Positions 1-13,498 of a DNA stretch of 64,000 nt are shown here, piece by piece. Position 1 is the stretch's first letter; the number at the start of each line of letters is the position of its first letter. Under the pieces are notes generated by a model that was not told the origin of the DNA, did not search any database, and saw nothing but the letters and a program-made list of their open reading frames with translations. The position numbers and the translations under genes are program-made. Source of the DNA: Podarcis gaigeae (Eukaryota); assembly GCA_964106915.2 (NCBI GenBank), contig OZ066923.1. The stretch is one strand, 5' to 3'.

Positions 1-3000
1 CTCTCTCTCTCGCACACACACCCCGTTGGCTTTATTCACAACATGTGAAGTCAAAATTAAAAGCATGAATTCCAGAATCTTTCTATGACAGCTACAAAAG
101 CATCCCATAAGCAGCTTTTTGTTCATGGCCCACATATCACGAATCTCTATCTCTCTTTCTGGTCATGTCCAGATGAGTTGTTTATTTCTATCTGCAGGAA
201 GGTTAGATGGCATGGTGTCAAGCAAGTGTTGTGCACACTTTGTTCACTGTATTTTCCCATCCCTTTCCCCATCTGAAAATGCCCAATTCTTTTGGGGAAG
301 CAGGCTTGTTGTGCAAGTGTGACACTCCAGTTAAGGAAGCCTTTAATTTTACTCTCTGACTGAATTATTCCTTCAGTCTAACAAAGGCTTAAACAAAGGA
401 CCTTGTGGTTGTATAATTCCTTCTCAGGTGCCCTAGAGGTCCACAGCTCCCTCTTTTCTCAGCGTTCACTTGAAAAGCTGAATGCTAAGAGCTGTAGACA
501 TAAGAGATAGGCTTTGCTCTGTGCTGGGTCCAAAGCTGTGATGAATGGAGAAGAAAAATCCTTTGGGGTGTTAATGCTGCGTTAATACTCCCATCTGTGT
601 TAATACTATCCTGAAGACACCACAGTCTCCACTGACCTACATTCCAAGGAAGCTGAATGCTGGGTAAAGCACCTGGAACCTCTGGAGTCTCTCACTAGGA
701 AGATTGGGGTGGAGTGTAATGGATACTACTGGCAAGAGGACAAGTTTTGTTGCCATTTTCCATGGATGTACACAGTTGTTTATACTTGAAAAAAATACAC
801 ATACTGTATGCTTTTTTAAAAAAAACAACCAACACTCAGCATTTATAAATAAATGCTGTGCTATGTTGCTCACACCTGATGGTCTGTTAATTGATATCTG
901 AATAAGGAAGGAAAGAAGAATGCCTAATTCTGAGGTATTGAACGCCTTGGGTCCAACTCTTCTTTGTTGGGCAACAATGGAACAAAACTAACATTAACTG
1001 TGCACTTCAAAACTGGTCATATAGATGGCTGTCTAAGGGGCCTCCCCTTCATGGCCAAGTAAATCCATGGTCTAAAACTACTTAGCTGTGCTACTGCTTC
1101 CAGTGTTGATGGAGCAACACTGATTTTTCCTCTACCAAAAAAAGCTATGCAAATGTTTAACAGGAGTCCATAGAGGATGTGGCTGCTGAAAGATGCTTCA
1201 GGCTGAACTGTGTCCATGACAGGGCTCTGTCAAAATCTTTTAATGTTAACAGTTGGAAGGGGAACTGTGCAGCTGGTAAAGCCTTTCATGCTAAATGCAT
1301 TTTCAATGAGATAAAAGTAAGATTAATGTACGATGATTTTGCAAAGCTCCTCATAATTCTGGAATGGTAAGAAGAGGCCTCTTAGAACACAAATAACCCA
1401 GCAATTTTCCACATACGGCAACAACCATTTCAGCAACCCATGAGAGTAATCCTAGTGAGTGGAGATGTGAGCTTAGTTTTCCCTGTGAAATTCATTAGAT
1501 TGCATTAGAACAATGGTTCTTAAACTTTGGGCTACAGGTTTCATCATGAAGGCACCCTATGGGTGACTGGTAGTTAAGGATGGGCGAATCTGTCAATTTT
1601 GGTTTCTCTTTGTTTCTCACTTTTCCAATTTGAAGTTTTGGCTCTCCATGTCTACACATCCAATTGTGATATATTCATATTTTTTTTGTTTAAAAAAATA
1701 CTCACCAGCATTTTAATGCAAATTTCTAATATTTGTATGTGACGTGGCCTAATATACACATTTTTGCAAATCATTTTCACTAATACATGCATTTTTACAC
1801 ACACTTTGCCTTAGTATGCGCATTTTTGAACCCATTGGCAGGAGAACTGAAGAAATTCAGACAAGTACAACGTTGGAAAGATAGCTTTTTTTCAGTCCAC
1901 ATATTGTTTTGAGAAAGGCAAATTAAATACATTCACCTTTAAATGCTAACTGAATCCCATCTACCCCCCACCCCTGTTTGTAATAGAAGGTCTGGGTTCA
2001 TCTTACTTTTTGCCCACCCAGCTCCGAAAATCCTTGGCTATCCTGCTAGAAAAGCAGGCCATGGTCCTCCTAAATGGAACTCATCAGAGGGATTTCCAGA
2101 TGGTTGGTTTAATAAGCCCTCATGGCAGTTTCCCCTAAGTCACCATGATACTCTGTAAATATTCAGAACTTAAAAACAAAAACAGGAATTAAATGCTAAT
2201 GGCAATACACTCACATCCAAAAGTCTACCTAAAATGCTCCATTGGCTTTTTCATTGCTCACTTGGGTGTGCAGAGTGTCCAATTGCATTTTTGCTCCCCA
2301 CAATCCTCTCCCTTTGCTCAGCTTGTGTGAGTTTCTGCTTCTCAGTTAAGCAGGGATAGGTTGGGTAGGGGAAGCTGGGATCAAATATCAGCTGCTCTAC
2401 ATTGCAAAGTATGATAAGATAATTATTCAGCATATATATATATATATATGGTATTTTTACAGGTGTACACTTAGGGATGAGAAATTCCATTCAGTTAACA
2501 TATAAAGGCAAATCTACCCAATTCTCATATTCGGAATGAACACGAGAACCAAAACACAACCACTTTTTGAAATTCATTCTTATATGAATTCTGCAATTCA
2601 GTTCTCCAGCCAAGAAATGTGTACAAAATTTCAATCTCTCCCCCTGCTCTGCAGCCTGATGGAATGTCTGTAGCCAGGTGACCACTGAGGAAAAGCCAGG
2701 CCCCAAGTTGATGGAATAGCTCTGCTTCTACTCTCTCCCTTGCTACACAGCCTGATAGAATGCTTCCCCATTAACATAGCATGTCATTACATTCAAAATT
2801 CTCCCACTCCACCTCACTGGCTGCTACTTGCGCAGGGAGCTCTGAGTGCAATGATGTCACCATGACATGAATCTTCTTCAACTAAACATTATTGGGGAAA
2901 TATGGGTAGGAGATAAGGAGCTATTGTTCTCTTAACCTCTGGTTTTAGGGCACTAGTTCAGACCTTATAAAATCTAGTTTAGGTCTCAGGTTTCAGCCAC

Positions 3001-4786
3001 TATTTGAGACTTATGTAATTGCTCTGTACTACTTTTCACTGTACAGTATCTCTGTATATTGCTTTTTAAATAGAGATTGTAAAAGCTTTGCATGCAGCAT
3101 AAACAAATTAATTTTGCCTCTATTGCTCTAATGCAAGGGAGGGAGATTCAGCAATAGCTGAATATTCTGAAGATCTTCAACTGAATCCTTACACTTGCTG
3201 TGACTGAACCAACTGGCTCTAATTAAGCAAATGCCTCTTTGCAAATGAATAATGAAGGATTTTATACGAAAATTAAATTTTAATATCTGAGTAACTAAAG
3301 GCAGTGTTTGTGTAATGAGGGATTACATGTTCAGTTCTTAAGCATTAAGGATGTAATGTTTGCTTAAAATACAGCAAAAAGTCTTCTACATGATTTGCTA
3401 CAATCACTTAATTAAATGGGCTTTCGTAGGATTTACCTGCAGCACATATGAGGTGGTGGTGTTTAAAATCCCACAATTATCTGCATGCTTAACTAGCCAG
3501 TGAAGTGTTCAGTACAGTCAGCTACTTCATTTTCATCATAACTGAAAAGGGCTGGGTGCCTAACAAAGAGCAGGAAAATATCTGAAAATGTGTCTCAAGA
3601 AAAATGGGATTCAGCATACAGTACTCCTCTTTCTTTGTTGGTGTCTATTGCTGTTGAACAGCATTGCTCAAATAACTCATTCCCTCTCCAACCCCTTCTA
3701 CTGCCTTCTTAGCAATAACACTCCAGATCTGGAAAACTCCCCCCTGTAAGCTTTGGTTGTCCCTGACTCTGAATATTTTTAGGTGGCAACTGAAGGCCTC
3801 TGTCTTAGCAGGCCTTTGGGAAACAGTGTGTTCAGAATGAACAATTGTAATGTTTTGTGACTATTGCTCTTAAAATGTATCTATTATATCTGTTCATTGC
3901 CTTTGTGCTGACCTGCTATAAGAGCCCATGTGTGTGGAATGGGGGCGGGCTATAAAACCTATAAACAAAAAGACATCTTACTTGGTATTGAAGCCATCAT
4001 GTCTGCATTGGTCAAAAGTTCGTTTTTTGTTGTGTATTCTTAGGAAGAGTGTAGCTGTGGGGATTGCCATGAAGAGCAATGGCACTTCAGAATTTACCAC
4101 TGCTCCAAAGAGGATTTGTCCTCCGAAGTGATGGCGAGATTCCAGTGATGTGATAATCAATGTGCTGCCCTTCAGATGCTGTTGTGCTATAGCTCCCCTG
4201 TTATCCCTGACTATTCACCATCTTGGCTGGGGCTGGTGGGAGTTGTGCTCCCCAAAACCTGAAGGCATCACTTGCTTGCTCCATAGCCCCTCCTGATATT
4301 ACCTCACCAGTGTGCGACAACCATGTAGAGAGAACTGTGCTGTAATCATAGTAACTGTTTTATTTTATGCTTGGATCCCTCTTCTTTACCTACCGGTAAT
4401 ATGACTGCAGGTGCACGAGCAGTTTATATAATGCTTGCTAGAAGTACACCCACGTATTATTTTATTTCTCAGCTGCTTTAGATGACTGGGCATTTTTCTT
4501 ATCAGGTTTCTCCTGATCAGAAGTGATAGAACTAGATTGTTCTTCCACACTGGAGACCTTTAGCACTGCTGAAGCATTGCTTTGCTTGAATTAGCTGGAA
4601 TGGGCCTATGCTGTACGGATCTTGAAAGGCAGGTTAGAAATATTATAAATACATAATATGAGCATTCAACACAGCACTTAATAAAGATGGTATTATCTGA
4701 TGATTCATTTCCCCATGTTCAAGAACTTTCTAAAATAAAGTAAGTCCCATTCAGCAAAAGTCCTTTCTAACAATCATTTCAAAGTT

Positions 4787-4874
4787 TCCTCTGTGCAGTT
4801 CTTGCCTATTCTGTTTTTATTTCTCTTGATCCTCTGTGCAGTTCTTGCCTATTCTGTTTTTATTTCTCTTGATC
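4787..4874. repeat. 43-bp perfect tandem duplication
   Basis: TCCTCTGTGCAGTTCTTGCCTATTCTGTTTTTATTTCTCTTGA starts at 4787 and again at 4830. Confidence 0.95.
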
Positions 4875-5288
4875 ATGGTTGGGGTAGTGATATATAGCAC
4901 ATAACAGCAATATATAGCCTTTTAATTGCCCCAATCCACCTTTATAGCTATCTAAGGTGATTGCACTCAGCACAACATGTGGTAGTGAATTTCACAGTCT
5001 ATGTGCTGTGAGGAAAAGTACTCAATTCTGGCTGTCCTGAAACTCACACTATTCAACACTATTCAGCTTCCTTGGGATGACCCTAGGTTTTTACACTACA
5101 ACAATTAAAAGAAATTATTCAGTCGACAATAAAAAGACTATTCATCACTAATCCACCAGCCATCGCCAAGAATTTGTTTCTTTGCTCATTAGAATGGGCT
5201 GAAACTGCAAACAGGAGACTTCTAATCCAAGGTGCAGGAGCTCTGAAAGGTACAGGAGCTCTGAAACTAACAGCTTGCTGCCTGCACG

Positions 5289-5717
5289 CAGTGGCGTAGC
5301 GTGGGTTGTCAGCACCCGGGGCAAGGCAAGTAATTTGCACCCCCTAACCTGGGGCAAGGCAAGTAATTTGCGCCCCCTAACCCCTAACCTGCTGCCGCTG
5401 CCAGCTTCTTCTTTCTGCTGCCTGGTCTGGTCTGGTGTGGTTCTCTCCCGCGCTCAGCGCTGCGCTGGGCGGCCGCTGCACTGTCTCTCCCCCAGATAGT
5501 CCCTCGCTCTCTCTCCGCACCGCACGCCTGGCACCCACCCCCTCCACAGTGGGTGGCGACCCGGCGGCTCAGATCGGATTCGCACAGCCAGCACTGCAGT
5601 GAGAGAGAGAGTGAGTGAGCCAGGTAGGGGCAGAGAGCTGCGAGTGCGAGCGAGCGCCCCCCAGATGTTGCGCCCGGTGCGGACGGCCCCCCCTGCACCT
5701 CCCACGCTACGCCACTG
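5289..5717. mobile_element. Non-autonomous hAT DNA transposon (MITE), CpG-rich
   Basis: TIR CAGTGGCGTAGCGTGGG / CCCACGCTACGCCACTG; perfect 8-bp TSD CCTGCACG (5281-5288, 5718-5725); related copy at 54963. Confidence 0.9.
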
Positions 5718-7635
5718 CCTGCACGACAGGCTGATGCTGCAATTGTGTTTTATAGCACACACAAATAACACAGGAGTGCAACACAGAAAACACTGGAACT
5801 GTAATGGTTTGATAGCAATGTTTGCATACTCCATAAAAAGCGAATGAGTTAAACATAGCAACTTTTGAAAAAGAATCTGTGGGGAAGCAACCGTAGTTGT
5901 TAAGCTTGTTTGATGCACCCAGTTTCAGAGAGTGATGTATCTGTTGCGGCGTGCGAGGCTTTTATGGTGCTTGTGGATTGCTAAGTTTAATACTAGTTCC
6001 CAGAATACCCAGTTACAAAGAATAGTTCTAGAGAGAAAGGGAGCTATTATTCATATGCCTGCTAAGTAGGCCAAGACAGAGGAATGCTAAAATAATGTAT
6101 TCTGTATATTCCTGCCTAAGCAGAGAGTTTTATAATTGGGGTTATCTGTAAAAGAAGAAACAAAAGGGGTGTGGGTGTATATAGTTAATGCAATCAGCAA
6201 ACAACTGCTATAAATTTATAGGAAAAACATATAATAATATGATTGTATTACTGTGAACTCATTTTTAAAATAAAGTGCATGCATTATTGTGTGAGATCCT
6301 AATAGTAAGTTCTTCTCTCTCATAATTATTAGTAATGCATTCAAAGGAACACAGTTACATTTTGCCACCACACTCTGAATTCATTTCAGAAGCTAGTATC
6401 ACAGCTGGATGATAGCATATTACTATAGGATCATCATTCTTTCATATTTAAACGCAAAAGCTATGCCAAATGCAAATATACCTATTATTGAGTCTTATCA
6501 CTAAGAATTCAGGCTTTTTATAATACAACTGTGCAGGAAAGTCAAGCCTTTCATCCATCTGTTACTTCCTTGGTTGTTGTAAGACCATACCTAGATTTTA
6601 AAATCTGGCCATTTGACATACTTGATTTCCCTTATAGGCCATTTGATGATTTTAGTAGACATAATAGCATAGCTTTACTGAAGGCATTAATTGCATAGTC
6701 TTCTGTTATATCACTTATAAATTGTCTCCCCAGATGTGCAAGCTGTGGCTTAGGTAGCCCAATGCACAGAATACCTCCAGAGGCACTGTCTGTAAAACAA
6801 ACAAATAAAAAATCTGCCTTTTACATTGGCACTGAGACCATGAAGATGTAATGCCCTGCTTTGTGGCTTTGTCTCAGTGGTCTGTCAGATTGTATTTATG
6901 CATTTGTTTATTTCTTTGTTTTGGAATAAGGACTCCCAAAGCGGTTTATAAATGACAGTCATGAGACAGTCCCTGCCCTCAGAGAGAGAATCTAAAAGAC
7001 ATGGCACAAAATTAAAAGGGATTGAGCAGGAGGAGAAAATAGGCAAACTCAAGACACTGTTCCTTACGTTTCAGAGTTTGACCAGGTAGAACTAAGTGAT
7101 TTCAAGGCGATAAGCCAAAAATTGCTGGTCTTGCAGCAGAGGGGGTCCTACAGTACCATCTCTCTCCCTCTCCCATTCAATTTTAACCCATACTGAAATA
7201 TCACTAGTTCTTCTAAAAACCTTAAGGCTGTGTGGTACTGTACATGCAGGGGTGGGAGAAGAGAAACACTTCCCAGGCCAGGGACTGTGTGTGCATCATT
7301 GATTGGTTACACACAACCACTGTCTCTAAATACTATTTTCAGCGTAAGCTTTCTCTTCACACACTCTGTGGGATCTCAGCTCTTTTAAAGACAATTCTCA
7401 GAAAACAAAACACCTTCTTTCTTCTCATTACCAGATATTTGTCAAAAAGAAATGTAAGTCCACAATTCGCAAGCTGACTGGTGAACAGCGACAGTGAACC
7501 CATTTCGACTTGCCTGGAAAACATTCATTTATTTATTTAAATGGCTGCCTTGGAAGATCTTTTGAGGGAGAAAATTGAGGCTTTTCCCTAAGAAAGTTGC
7601 AAGGAAGGACCAAATAGGCATAGTGGTATGTAATC

Positions 7636-7901
7636 CTGACTGGCCCTACTATGAGGTAAGGTGAGGCATCCACCTTAGGCAGCAGATTTTGGACATGAAA
7701 GGGTAGCAAATTGTCAAGCTCTTTAAACTGTAATTATTGTACTTTATTGCCAGGGAGTAGGAGAGATGCTTGTGGGGTTTTCTGTCTCATGTGCCCAAAT
7801 AACTTGGTCTGGGCTGAGATACTATGCACCTTCATTTGCTGCGGGGACATGGTACCATTTGCTATTCTGCCTCAGGCAGCAAAATACCTTGGTCAGCTCT
7901 G
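7636..7901. mobile_element. Degenerate hAT-type MITE related to 42173-42377
   Basis: Shares terminal segments (GGCCC..TATGAGG..AGGCAGCAG; TGCCTCAGG..CAAAAT..CTTGG..CAGC.CTG) with the 42173 copy. Confidence 0.55.
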
Positions 7902-8300
7902 GCTCCTCCCTTTCCCTTCAATTTTCACCTTCCTCCTCTGTAGCAAAGGAAGGGAATGGGAGCAAAGGAAGTTCCTAGCCAGGACAGTACCCAACACATT
8001 CAGGTATTTATTTCAGTAATGATTTAAGCATCTTATTTCAAATATATTCTTTGTCCATTGGGCAAGCAGAAATGCTTTCACTGATGGAACAATCTCCTCA
8101 CATTGAATTCTACCCAATTATTTTTCCCTGTGCAAATGATCCCAGAGTTTGCTTGCTTGTCGTCTTTGGTGATTTCTGAAACCTCCAAACACTTAAAAAT
8201 GTGAGTTGTAGTTTGTTACTTTAATCATATGTGTCAATGAAGGTAGATAGTAATATTGGTTTTTCCTTACTTTCCCCTCCCCCTTCACCCTTGCAGAATA

Positions 8301-8542
8301 CAGTGGTACCTTGGGTTACATACGCTTCAGGTTACATATGCTTCAGGTTACAGACTCTGCTAACCCAAAAATAGTGCTTCAGGTTTAGAACTTTGCTTCA
8401 GGATAAGAACAGAAATCGTGCTCCGGCAGCGTGGCAGCAGCAGGAGGCCCCATTAGCTAAAGTGGTGCTTCAGGTTAAGAACAGTTTCAGGTTAAGTACG
8501 AACCTCCGGAACGAATTAAGTACTTAACCCGAGGTACCACTG
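8301..8542 (+). mobile_element. Tc1/mariner (pogo/Tigger-like) MITE
   Basis: TIR CAGTGGTACCT(T/C)GGGTTA / TAACCCGAGGTACCACTG, TA TSD on both sides; several copies in window. Confidence 0.92.
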
Positions 8543-9403
8543 TACATACACAGATCCATAATACCAAACTGAGAACCAGTAGAGGTCCAGAAAGAGTAAC
8601 TGGCAAATCCAAATTGATGATAGACTGGAACCAATAGGGTTCACACATCCATCCCACAATAATACATTTGCAGAGCAAATATTGTGCGGACTAGAAGTTA
8701 AGCGAATGAACCCCTCGCTTTGATTTTGTCCTGCCAAACAGCCTCCCTGGCTCTCTATATATGTGTGGTCACAATGGGCAGGAAATGGCTTGCACAGCAG
8801 TTAGGACTACAGTTGTAGTCCAGCACATCTTGAGTGCATGAGGGCGAGGAAGGCTCTTCTGTGGTGTGTACTAGCTTGGCCCCTTCCAGCTTATTTTGCT
8901 TCTCTCCATGGCTACAAAAATAGATTCCTGCAGGGTTATTTTCTATCAGCAAAGGTATCTGATAGCCAGAGTGAGTCAGAAAGAATTGCCATCCTTGACA
9001 TTTCTGATACACCGCATAAGGATGCTGAGTAACATCAATTAGCTTTATTACAGGCAGACGATACACCTTAAAAATGCATTAGGATAAGGTGAATCTTAAT
9101 GCAACAGCTATTTTATTCAAGTATACTAATGTACACAAAGGAGACCACTGCTTCAGGTGCAAGGTGTATATGGCATAGATCCTGTTCAGCTACGAGTTCG
9201 GGTGTCTCACTGGATTGTTGCTGTTGAACTGTTGTGCAGTCATTCTCCTGCACCCCTTCTGAATGGAACTTGGGGTATGCATAGGATGATAATAACTTAC
9301 TAAGTGAGCACATCTGGGGAGACTCTAACTAACCTACCCTATCTCATCATAACCAACCACATAGATTGTTGTGCTAAAAAAGGGCTAGAGAGAACCATGT
9401 ATG

Positions 9404-9542
9404 CAATGTGTTGGGAACCTTTTGCCCTCCAGATGTTGATGAATTACAGCTCCCCTCATCTCTGGCCATTGGTCATACTTTCTGGGGCCATTAAGAGTTC
9501 TAATTCAGCAACATTTGGAAGGCCAAAGGTCCCTCACTTCTG
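9404..9542. mobile_element. Short (~130 bp) palindromic hAT-like MITE
   Basis: GGGAACCT..GCCCTCCAGATGTTG ... CAACATTTGGAAGGCC..AGGT; similar degenerate copies near 4165, 30290, 36485, 41365, 45795. Confidence 0.6.
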
Positions 9543-11447
9543 AACTTTATGGAGTAAGACATATCATGTTGTGTGTCTCCTGGCCTCACCAGTCAATGAT
9601 ATGAAGTGGGCAATCATGCATAGAAAAATAATCTTTTTATTCTAAACTATGTAAAATGAAATTTGACTTTAATACAAAGCTCCATTTGAGAATAAACTTC
9701 AATATGAAAGTCTCCACTATTTCAAACTGAATACTCAGAGAATATTCATAGAAAATTAGCATTTAAATTTTGGATGGTAAATTATTTTAGGAAACCCTCC
9801 AGATTGCCTTTAACTTATATACCGTTCTGTAAGACTACAAAACAAACTTTCTACCACCAAGAGAGGAGTTTAAAAGCTTTTTATTCCATTGTGTAGTTTC
9901 TTCGGTTGTAAGCCACCTTAAGGACCACTTCAATGAAAAGATGGGATATAAATCTTTTAAATAAACAATAAATCTTTGAACTCAGTTAGAGATGTGATGC
10001 CAGAGGGCTGAGATTTCAATGCTAAATATTAATCTGAGCATGGCTCACTGCAGTTAAAATAATAAAGCAAAAAGGCAGTGAATTAATCAAACTTCAAAAA
10101 TAGAGCCTACTGAATTATAACACCAATTAATAATTTATGATAGCAGCACACGATACGACAGTTCCCAGATCAGAGAGACCAACAAAAAGAAGAGGCATTT
10201 GATAAGCTTTGGATAAAGATAGAAACTGATCCAGCAAGTTTTAAAAGGTGAACTTTCCACACAATATCAAGTAGGGTTGTTGTTGTTTTCTGCCGAGTAA
10301 GAGCCGCAGAGCCAACTGAGCTTTCTTCCTGAGGAAATCTTAAGGATCTACAATTCAGCCAGTGGCTTCTTAGCAGTTTGCAGCCAAGAGAAGGTGGGAT
10401 GTTTTGAAGACAGTGAAAGAAAGGTAGAGCTCACCCACTGCTCCTACTCAATCTGTTTTCCGGACTCCACAGGAGTACGTATATGAAAATGTAGCTACTG
10501 TACTTCTTTCAGTGTATTTGAAGCCGTAGAGTTTATTGTCTGCCAATAAGCATTCAAGTCTTGAACCTGTCCATCCAAACGTAGGTAGTGTTACTAGAGA
10601 GCGAAGGTGGGCATGTGTCTCCTCTAAAAATGCTCCCCTTTCTTCCCCTTCTGCTGGAAAAAAACCACCATATTGGTAGCGGATAGCCAAAGCGGGAACC
10701 AAAACTGCTGATCGCGCCCAGCAAGCCATATCTGCTTTCCACCTCTTTCTTCTGAGACATGCTGCAAGTGGCAAGGTTTTGCGACTGTAAAAACCTATTT
10801 GACGTGGAAAGAGTTTTATGACATCATATCACATTCATCCCACCCACCCCTAATATTACCACTGAATCCGACATAATTGAGACAAGACATAATTGATAAA
10901 TCCATGTTTCTGCGCAACTGCAGCAGAACTTGCAAATGGAAATATGTGAAACAATTGTTGTGGGTAGGTTACTGCATGTTAGTTCATCTTATATATCAGA
11001 TTCTTAACAGCTTGAGACAAAATGTAAGTCATTACCCCTTTCCCTTGCTCTCTAGCATTTAAACTGTACACATAAACACCGAGCATGTTTCTATATTATA
11101 CATGCCTCACCAGCCCATTGATCTTATATTTTTTTTATGAATCACTTTCAGTTTATTGTGTAATATCTGCAGTTCCAATTGCAGTAATTGGGACAGTACT
11201 GGGATGATATAGGTATTGATCCTGAAACACAGTAAATATTTTGTATCATATGATTTAGATGAGTCTGTTTTATACAGACTGAATAGAACTGCAGACACTG
11301 AGAAAACAAATTTATGCAGCAATTTTATTTCAATCAATACTTTGTCATCTAGAACTGACTCATATCTAACCCATGACCTTCAGCTCAGTCTGACATGGAA
11401 GTCTCCCAGTCCTATTTCTATGATGTCTGCTACCAACTTATACTGTA

Positions 11448-11601
11448 AAGGTAAAGGTAAAGGTAAAGGGACCCCTGACCATAAGGTCCAGTCGCGGACG
11501 ACTCTGGGGTTGCGCACTCATCTCGCTCTATAGGCCGAGGGAGCTGGCATTTGTCCGCAGGCAGTTTTCCCGGGTCATGTGGCCAGCATGACTAAGCCGC
11601 T
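11448..11601 (-). mobile_element. Sauria SINE, 5'-truncated
   Basis: (ACCTTT)n tail on minus strand; body matches 43552-43915; 10-bp TSD TTATACTGTA (11438-11447, 11602-11611). Confidence 0.9.
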
Positions 11602-13447
11602 TTATACTGTAGCATCTTGTAAATAATTGTTCAGGCTCTGTTTCTCTAACATCTACTGTAGCTCTCCAGTTACCCTTTATCCCCTTATTACTATCCCAAA
11701 ACCTGTCTTGAACAGTCGCTTGTAGCCCTGTGATCATCCCAAGGCAAATCTGTTTCGACTTGGTTTTCGCTAACGCCCAGAGACCATGCTAGTGCCAGGC
11801 TCGCTGGCTACCCCCACGCCTTCATTCAAAAATGCATCCTTCCAATGCTTCCTTTCATTAAAGAAAGAAACAAACCCTGTCAAGCTTCATTAGAGGTATT
11901 TGCATAAAACATGCAGTTTGACCCAGAAGAGGACTGTGCCACACTTTAGTATTGTTATCCAAAGCCACTAAAACGCACTGTTTTGCATCTTATGCCACTT
12001 TCTGATTTTCTCTATGCACTGTACTCCCTGTGTGCATAATTAATCCTTGTGGTGTTAAGGCAAGAATCACGGTTTGTCCCTGAAGAGTTGAAAAACTAGT
12101 AAGAAATAAGATACTTTAAAGAAACTCATATTTATGTCAAAAAAATGTATAATCACATTTCAACTTTTCATTCCACCCTATACCACATTCTTGTTCTCTT
12201 TTCTTCTCATGATGTTCCAAGAGGTTCTACCTATATTTCTCTTCTTGACTGTTGTGTCCCCTGGGTGGAAAACTACTCTTTTTTCACTAATGCAAACGAA
12301 ACAAATGAAAACAGAAAGATGGGTGGGAATCTCATTTAAACTTACATGGGGAACTGAATCCCCTGCAATGTGATAGCATCACTGGAGCTCTATTAAACTA
12401 TAATCTAACTTGTTTCCTGATGAATCACTAATCTGCCTCTGCTCTAAAAATATCAGTCAGGAAGTAAAGAACAATAGGGAAGGTACTGTGAGTCCTTCAC
12501 TGAATTACTATCTTGATTATATATGTAACATTTTCATTGCCAAGAAAAAGCGAGTATGTCATGTTTGATGCCCCACAACTGCCATAGAAAAATATATCTT
12601 CCAAACAGACTATTTACTGAGCCATCAATTTCTCTAGCACAACGCTGGCGCCATTTATTACAAATTACAATGTAAGCTCCAAAGAAACCCTAAATAATCC
12701 ATATGCTAATGTCACCAAGCTCAATGAATGAACATGCTCTGATCCCGCAGCTTTAAGAATTTTGTTAGTGGCAAAATTCACTAAGTGGCACAGCTTTTCC
12801 CATCACAAAGCTGCAGTGATGGAAGAAGTCACGCCCGTGATAGTTGTCTATCCACTGTATCCGCTTAAGTTGGTAAGTCTTTCAGGTGCCACAAGACCTC
12901 CCTATCCTTTTTTGCTACAATTTAACTAAAACTGGGAAGGTATTGTATGTTGCAATTGTGAAAGCATCTAAATATGTCTCTCTGCAGTCAGTTCAATTAT
13001 GAGTTCTGTAATATAGTCAGTCCTATTAATACTCACTTTATTCTGGTAAATGTCTCCCGTAAGGCTGCAATCCTACCTGGAAAGTATAAGACTCATTGAA
13101 CAAAATGATATTTACTTCTGAGTTAAAATGCATAGAATTGGGTGGATACTTGCTGGTCCACTGCAGAAGAGTGCACAGCATTCTTCATTTTTGGGCACTT
13201 CCATGCTAGCCATTTACTTTATGCTTGCAGTGTCCCAGGCACTAATTTTAAGGTATATTTCCACATGACGTCATGCTGGAATTGAGCATGTCTTGATTCA
13301 AACCCCTCCCCCACCTAACATATTATATAGCTTTACCTAAGAGGGGGATAAGACCAGTAAAATTACAAAAACTGGACAATTCAAAGTGAAACTATTTTAT
13401 ATTGTTGTAAATTGCCCTGTGATCTTTGGATAATTCAGGAGCAGCTG

Positions 13448-13495
<48 letters not shown>
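13448..13495. repeat. (CA)n(GA)n compound microsatellite
   Basis: Directly visible. Confidence 0.95.

Positions 13496-13498
<3 letters not shown>

Noticed and set aside
5275-5918. Several ORFs of 74-154 aa
   Set aside because: They overlap the GC-rich hAT MITE and show no transposase motifs
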